DNA of 64,000 nucleotides from Amoebophrya sp. A120 (lineage: Eukaryota > Protista > Dinoflagellata): NCBI GenBank assembly GCA_905178155.1, contig CAJINV010000005.1:8182515-8246514 (forward strand), given 5' to 3'. The notes under the pieces were generated by a model that did not search any database, had not been told where the DNA came from, and worked only from the letters and a program-made list of their open reading frames with translations. Positions 59,601 to 64,000 of the stretch are shown piece after piece (positions within the stretch are counted from its first letter, which is position 1; each line of letters begins with the position of its first letter). The position numbers and the translations under genes were made by a program.

Positions 59601-62292
59601 AATGTGCAGCAGCTGGGAAGAAGATAAAGAGCAAACCTGAGAATTTGGAGCACGAGAAGAAAACCCCCGTTGACCACCACGACAAGTTCAACTCGAACAC
59701 ATACCGCGACGAGCACTTCGACGTGTTACAACAATTCGGGCACATCACGCTGCACTTCGGCGATTTTTACCTCAACGAGAAACTCATCGAGAAATTTTTC
59801 AAACCCTTTGAAAGCTGCGGAAATTTCAATTTGGGGTCCTCGATGATGCCGACGGCCACTTCCTCCTCCGGGGCGGGGGAGATAGTGAGCAACAAGACGA
59901 ACAACCAAGGCTGTTTGAAGCTTCACGGGCTCTACTGCCGCTTTCCGAAGCAGATGAACTTGTCGTTCGTCGCGGTTTTTTTTCAGGACAAGGAACAAAG
60001 GGACACCAGCATGACAAACGCCAAAGGTCTTGCGGATTATCAAATGTAAAAATGTCTGGGTCTGGAACAATGCAACTTGTGATGCTGCGTCTGCATTATC
60101 CAAAAATCTGTATTGCATGAACAGCAAAAGAGGTCTGGTTTTGGCCACGGCAAGAGGGCATTTCTCATGCGGTATAGGCATCAGAAAGCCCTCACAAGAT
60201 CTGTGATGCTAGGGCATGCATCGCAGACATCAGGAGTCATGCAAAATGTGCATGACAAACCTTGCATCCTTCCAGACCCAGACATTTTTGCATTTGATAC
60301 GGAAAACGGCATGACAAATAGCCGTCTCTTCGGCCACATCACGGTCGACGTGGGGAAGTATTCACCGAAACACGTGGCGAAATTATCCGAGGCAATGTTC
60401 GGCGAGGATAAAGTCGCGGGGAGGAGTGTCGTCACGATTGATGGCGAGGAGTATGACGTGAAGGACATGCTGTCTTCCAACGTGATTGTGAACATCTACA
60501 CCTTGTTCTGCGTGGCGAGCAACCGAAAGCCGTCCTGTGCCCACTCGGGGATCGAAGCGCCGGGGAAGACGAAAATTGTGGCTGGATTACCGGGGAGTGT
60601 GGAGGAGAAAATTCAGCACTTGCTGGAATTTTTGGGGATGAACAAGAAGAACCTGATTTGTGCGAAGAGCGACAAAGACGACAAGGACAACGTTGAAGAA
60701 ACAGCTGCTGCTGGTGCTCCGGCTTCCTCTTCCAGCCATGCACAGGTATCGGTTGACAACAAGGTAGATAATGAATCTGTGCCGAAAGTAGAGCAGGAAA
60801 CCGTGGAAATAAACAAAGAGAAAGTAGAACCTCCTGCTTCGAGGGATGGAGAAAATAAAACCGAGGAGAAAGATCACAATACTTCCTCATCTCCACAACA
60901 ACAAAACTCGGGTAAAAAAGCTGACAACACCTCCTCATCTCCAGAACAGAACTCGGGTAAAAATAAAGCCAAACTACACGACCAGAGCTTACACGACAAA
61001 AATTTACTCGTCCAGAGTCCCTTAGCGAGTGAGAAGCAGAACCACGTGGACCATCATCTGGCGAATAGGAAGGCGGTATCACATGCAAAAATGTCTGGGT
61101 CTGGAAGAATGCGCGATCTGTCATGCTGCTTTTCCATGACCCATGGGGTCTGGAATGCAGGACCTAGCATGACAGATTCTGTGCGATCTCTCTCATGCCT
61201 ATCCTGCATGAGAAAGTCCCTCCCGACTTTGTCAAAACTGGACGACTTTTGGTACTTATGCAACACAGATTTTTGCATGTTTCAGATTTAGCATGACATC
61301 TTCCAGACCGAGACATTTTTACATTTGATAGGCGGAGCCACCAGCGTATGACGAATCGGTGTTGGATTTTGGGGAGGACGACGACTTGGACATGAACGAA
61401 TTTATCAGCAGCAATTTGGATCACAGCGCCCCGGTTTCCGGGAAGGTAGCGGAAAAGGAGAAGGGTCTGGAGGTGGAGAAACATCAAAAGCCGCGGCGGC
61501 ACAGCGACAGCATTGACAGTGACATGATCAGCAGTAAAATTCCACTAGTGTCCTCTTCCAAAAATCATAACCAGAAGAAAGACCAAGACGTATCAACTGT
61601 AAAAATGTCTGGGTCTGGAAGAATGCAAGATTTGTGATGCAGTTTTTCCATGACCCATGGGGTCTGGAATGCAGCACCTAGCATGACAAACGCTGTGAGG
61701 TGTCTATCATGCCTATTCTGCATGAGAAACTCGCTGCCAAACTGGTCAAAAGTGGCCATCTTTTGGTAATCATGCAACACAAATTTTTGCATGATCCAGA
61801 TTCAGCATGACAAGTTGCAATCTTCCAGACCCAGACATTTTTACATTTGATAAGACGACAGGGACGACGATATCCTGTCCTCCTCTCCGTCTCTGTCCCG
61901 AAACAACCGGGGCAAGCTGAGTCCACCGAACCTCTTATCCTGAGTAGAAAACGTCGCCGCCTAATATTCAAGATGGGGAATATCATGATAAGTGCAGATG
62001 TAATATGCCGTGTCGTGGTTCTTGCGGTGAGCTCGTCTAGCCGCATCACAAGCTGTTATACCGCCTTATCCTGACTAGCGCATCACAGATCTCCAAAGTC
62101 GATGTCAAGACGCTTTCTTATGTATGAGGCTGCGTACTATTACATAGATACACGCTATTGAGAGAGAGAGTTCAGATTTGCATGACAACAACTTTGGTAC
62201 TATCGTGGCGACGTTTTTGCGCAGGATACTTCTCCTCCGACTCGGAGCTCTCGAGGCAGATCAGGAAGAGACGAAAGATCGTGGAAAAGTGA
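53630..62292 (+). CDS. Trl1-like trifunctional RNA repair enzyme: ATP-dependent RNA ligase + P-loop polynucleotide kinase + 2H cyclic phosphodiesterase; 12 introners
   Basis: In order: KKYSG (54365), TSKNS (54434), AEVM (54895), EGVII (55698), KLKF (55752), GPVGYGKS (56782), HIDGD (57252), HITL (59741), HITV (60335). Frame continuous to TGA 62290-62292. Confidence 0.75.
54640..54891. mobile_element. Introner family F
   Basis: Long TIR; TSD ACGGC. Confidence 0.9.
54938..55192. mobile_element. Introner family A
   Basis: TIR; TSD GAAGG/GGAGG. Confidence 0.9.
55890..56211. mobile_element. Introner family C
   Basis: TIR; TSD AAATC. Confidence 0.9.
56269..56417. mobile_element. Introner family E
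   Basis: TIR; TSD CTGGC. Confidence 0.9.
56929..57237. mobile_element. Introner family G (opposite orientation)
   Basis: TIR; TSD CTTCT. Confidence 0.9.
57526..57788. mobile_element. Introner family A
   Basis: TIR; TSD TGGCG/CGGCG. Confidence 0.9.
57956..58218. mobile_element. Introner family A
   Basis: TIR; TSD ACCGG. Confidence 0.9.
58926..59079. mobile_element. Introner family E
   Basis: TIR; TSD TCATT/TCACT. Confidence 0.9.
60038..60299. mobile_element. Introner family A
   Basis: TIR; TSD CGGAT/CGGAA. Confidence 0.9.
61077..61330. mobile_element. Introner family A
   Basis: TIR; TSD GGCGG. Confidence 0.9.
61591..61852. mobile_element. Introner family A
   Basis: TIR; TSD AGACG. Confidence 0.9.
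61936..62228. mobile_element. Introner family B
   Basis: TIR; TSD CCTCT/CTTCT. Confidence 0.85.
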
Positions 62293-64000
62293 ACTGTTCC
62301 AGTACATCAACTCGACGGTTGTAAGATTTGTGGAACATTCAAGTACAGACGCTGCGACGCCCTAGCGGAATGGCGGAGGGACATCATCAGGGATGTATTT
62401 GTGAAGATGCGGGTAGTGGAGTACGAGTAGAACTAGAAGTACAAAATATTCAAGGATCGTTCCGCGGGGTTGGACCAGCACGCTGTACCGAAAGTCTTCA
62501 CGTCGTCGAGGACCACCATCAGATCTAAAGACTACAAGACTACACCAAGGAGGAGTTTTTGTTCTACCAGAAGATCCCGAGGATTTTTACACGAAAAAAT
62601 GCACATGTGTTTCAGCGTTTCATTTTGCAATGACGATTTTCGAGGGAAGCATGCGGCAGAGAAGAACATAGGATACCATCGGACAGGGGGGAGATGTGGC
62701 GGCGTCTGATGAACCGAATATAGAAAAGGAAGATACTTTTACATATGCGACGAAAAGTTTTTGTCGCCCTCTTCGCTCCATGATCTTCCTAGGAGGGCCA
62801 GCAGCGTGGACATTGTGGAATCAATTCTCCACGTTGTACTTACCTTTCATCGCAGCATACAGTTTCCAATAGACATTTCAATCTTGCCTGCATTGGTTTG
62901 CACTTGCAGGGGGGCGTACTACACACTCATGTACAACTACAACAGTGACGTCGTGTCAATCGCTGCGCGGTCTGCCCTCGACGCAAGAGCCATTGCGTAT
63001 TTGTACGAAAGTGCTGCAGCACCAAAGCTGCAGATCATATACTACTCACGCAGAAACCGAGGTCTTATTTGTTATTCGGGGCGACACAAGAACTTTTCGT
63101 TTGCATAGTGGGGTGAAAAACATTTGGAGATTTTTTTTACCAACGATAAACCGAAGAGAACGATACGGAGATAGAAAAACGATGAGTCGCCACGACCTGA
63201 AGAAGTGGACGTCGAATCTATATCGTCAGAGACGAGGTCATTTTCTACCACACCACAACATTTTGCAACATCGTCGAACAAACCGATATATGGATACCCC
63301 TGCTGTACAAAAAAATCCAGAACGACAGGCCGGTGATGGAGCGGTTTCGATTATGACACAGGAGGATTCAGCTCGTTTTTCCGCAAAAATACCCCGAAAA
63401 AAACAACCGCGACATACGTACTTCATGAAAATCACCACACTTTCGAAGACGTTATCTGTATTCACGAACAAGAATTTCTACGACCCATTGACACAATTTC
63501 TTACGCGCACAAAATGATTTTCTTTTTGAACATAATCTCACATGTCTTTCAAAAATAATATCCAAACGCCACTCTCATTGTTAAGGCCGCGGCTTCGTCG
63601 TGCGCTGGGTGCTAGTGGATTGTCTCTGGGAGAGGCTCGGGTTCATCTACTTTGTGTTCTACCCGTCCGAGGAAACAGAAGATCAGCGTACTCATGTGCT
63701 AAAAGCTGTAGTTTCATGACTACTTCTTTCACCCAAAATCGATGAAGAAGTTTTTACGATTTTGGATGCGGTTTTGCTACGCTTCGCAGAAGATCTACTA
63801 CTACTTCAGGATGATCCACGGCTTCCCTATGACAGGATATTTTTGTCAAGCAGGAAGATGGGGCTAAGAGCCCAAGGAATGTTGATATGCGTGCGGCGTG
63901 GTGGTTTGGTGAAATATGATGTTATCGTTGAGCTTCTGCTTCACCGATCCAGCAGAAAGTGTGGTGGTAGATTGCAAGTCGAAGACGTGCTGTAGGCGTG

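Noticed and set aside
1-62228. Many ORF-track peptides sharing KCKNVWVWK, FQTQTFLHLI, PDPDIFAFD, NEGEGELCT or WGGGIF
   Set aside because: Translations of introner TIRs in various frames, not a protein family
1836-62228. Tc1/mariner or IES-type TA target duplication
   Set aside because: Empty sites in the duplication lack the TA; TA is part of the element and the duplication is 5 bp
62328-63995. Short ORFs at the right end (e.g. 62945-63517)
   Set aside because: No motif support or consistent exon chain

Overview
Eukaryotic genomic DNA, probably a syndinian dinoflagellate of the Amoebophrya type (inferred from intron architecture, not from a marker gene). It holds eight protein-coding genes, all on the + strand, plus a truncated 5' duplicate of one. 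The genes are: the end of a gene finishing in RAEL*; a large secretory protein with a C-terminal 2OG-Fe(II) oxygenase domain and KQEL*; DRC9/IQCG; an unknown protein; a two-CCCH zinc-finger protein; LRRC9; a membrane protein; and a Trl1-like RNA ligase-kinase-2H phosphodiesterase. I delimited by hand 87 non-autonomous TIR elements (introners, about 150-410 bp, 8 TIR families plus singletons) inserted in coding exons. Nearly all start TAT and end ATA, and each complete copy is flanked by a 5-bp direct repeat. Removing the element plus one repeat copy restores the reading frame in every complete case, although almost none has GT-AG ends. A local duplication provides reciprocal empty sites that demonstrate insertion with a 5-bp TSD. 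The main hypothesis is that these orientation-independent stem-loop introns are removed by a non-spliceosomal or modified route, with the Trl1-like healing/sealing enzyme encoded here (RD/RS-rich insert, C-terminal basic NLS-like motif) as a candidate exon-joining enzyme. Most of the supplied ORF track is artefact from element sequence.
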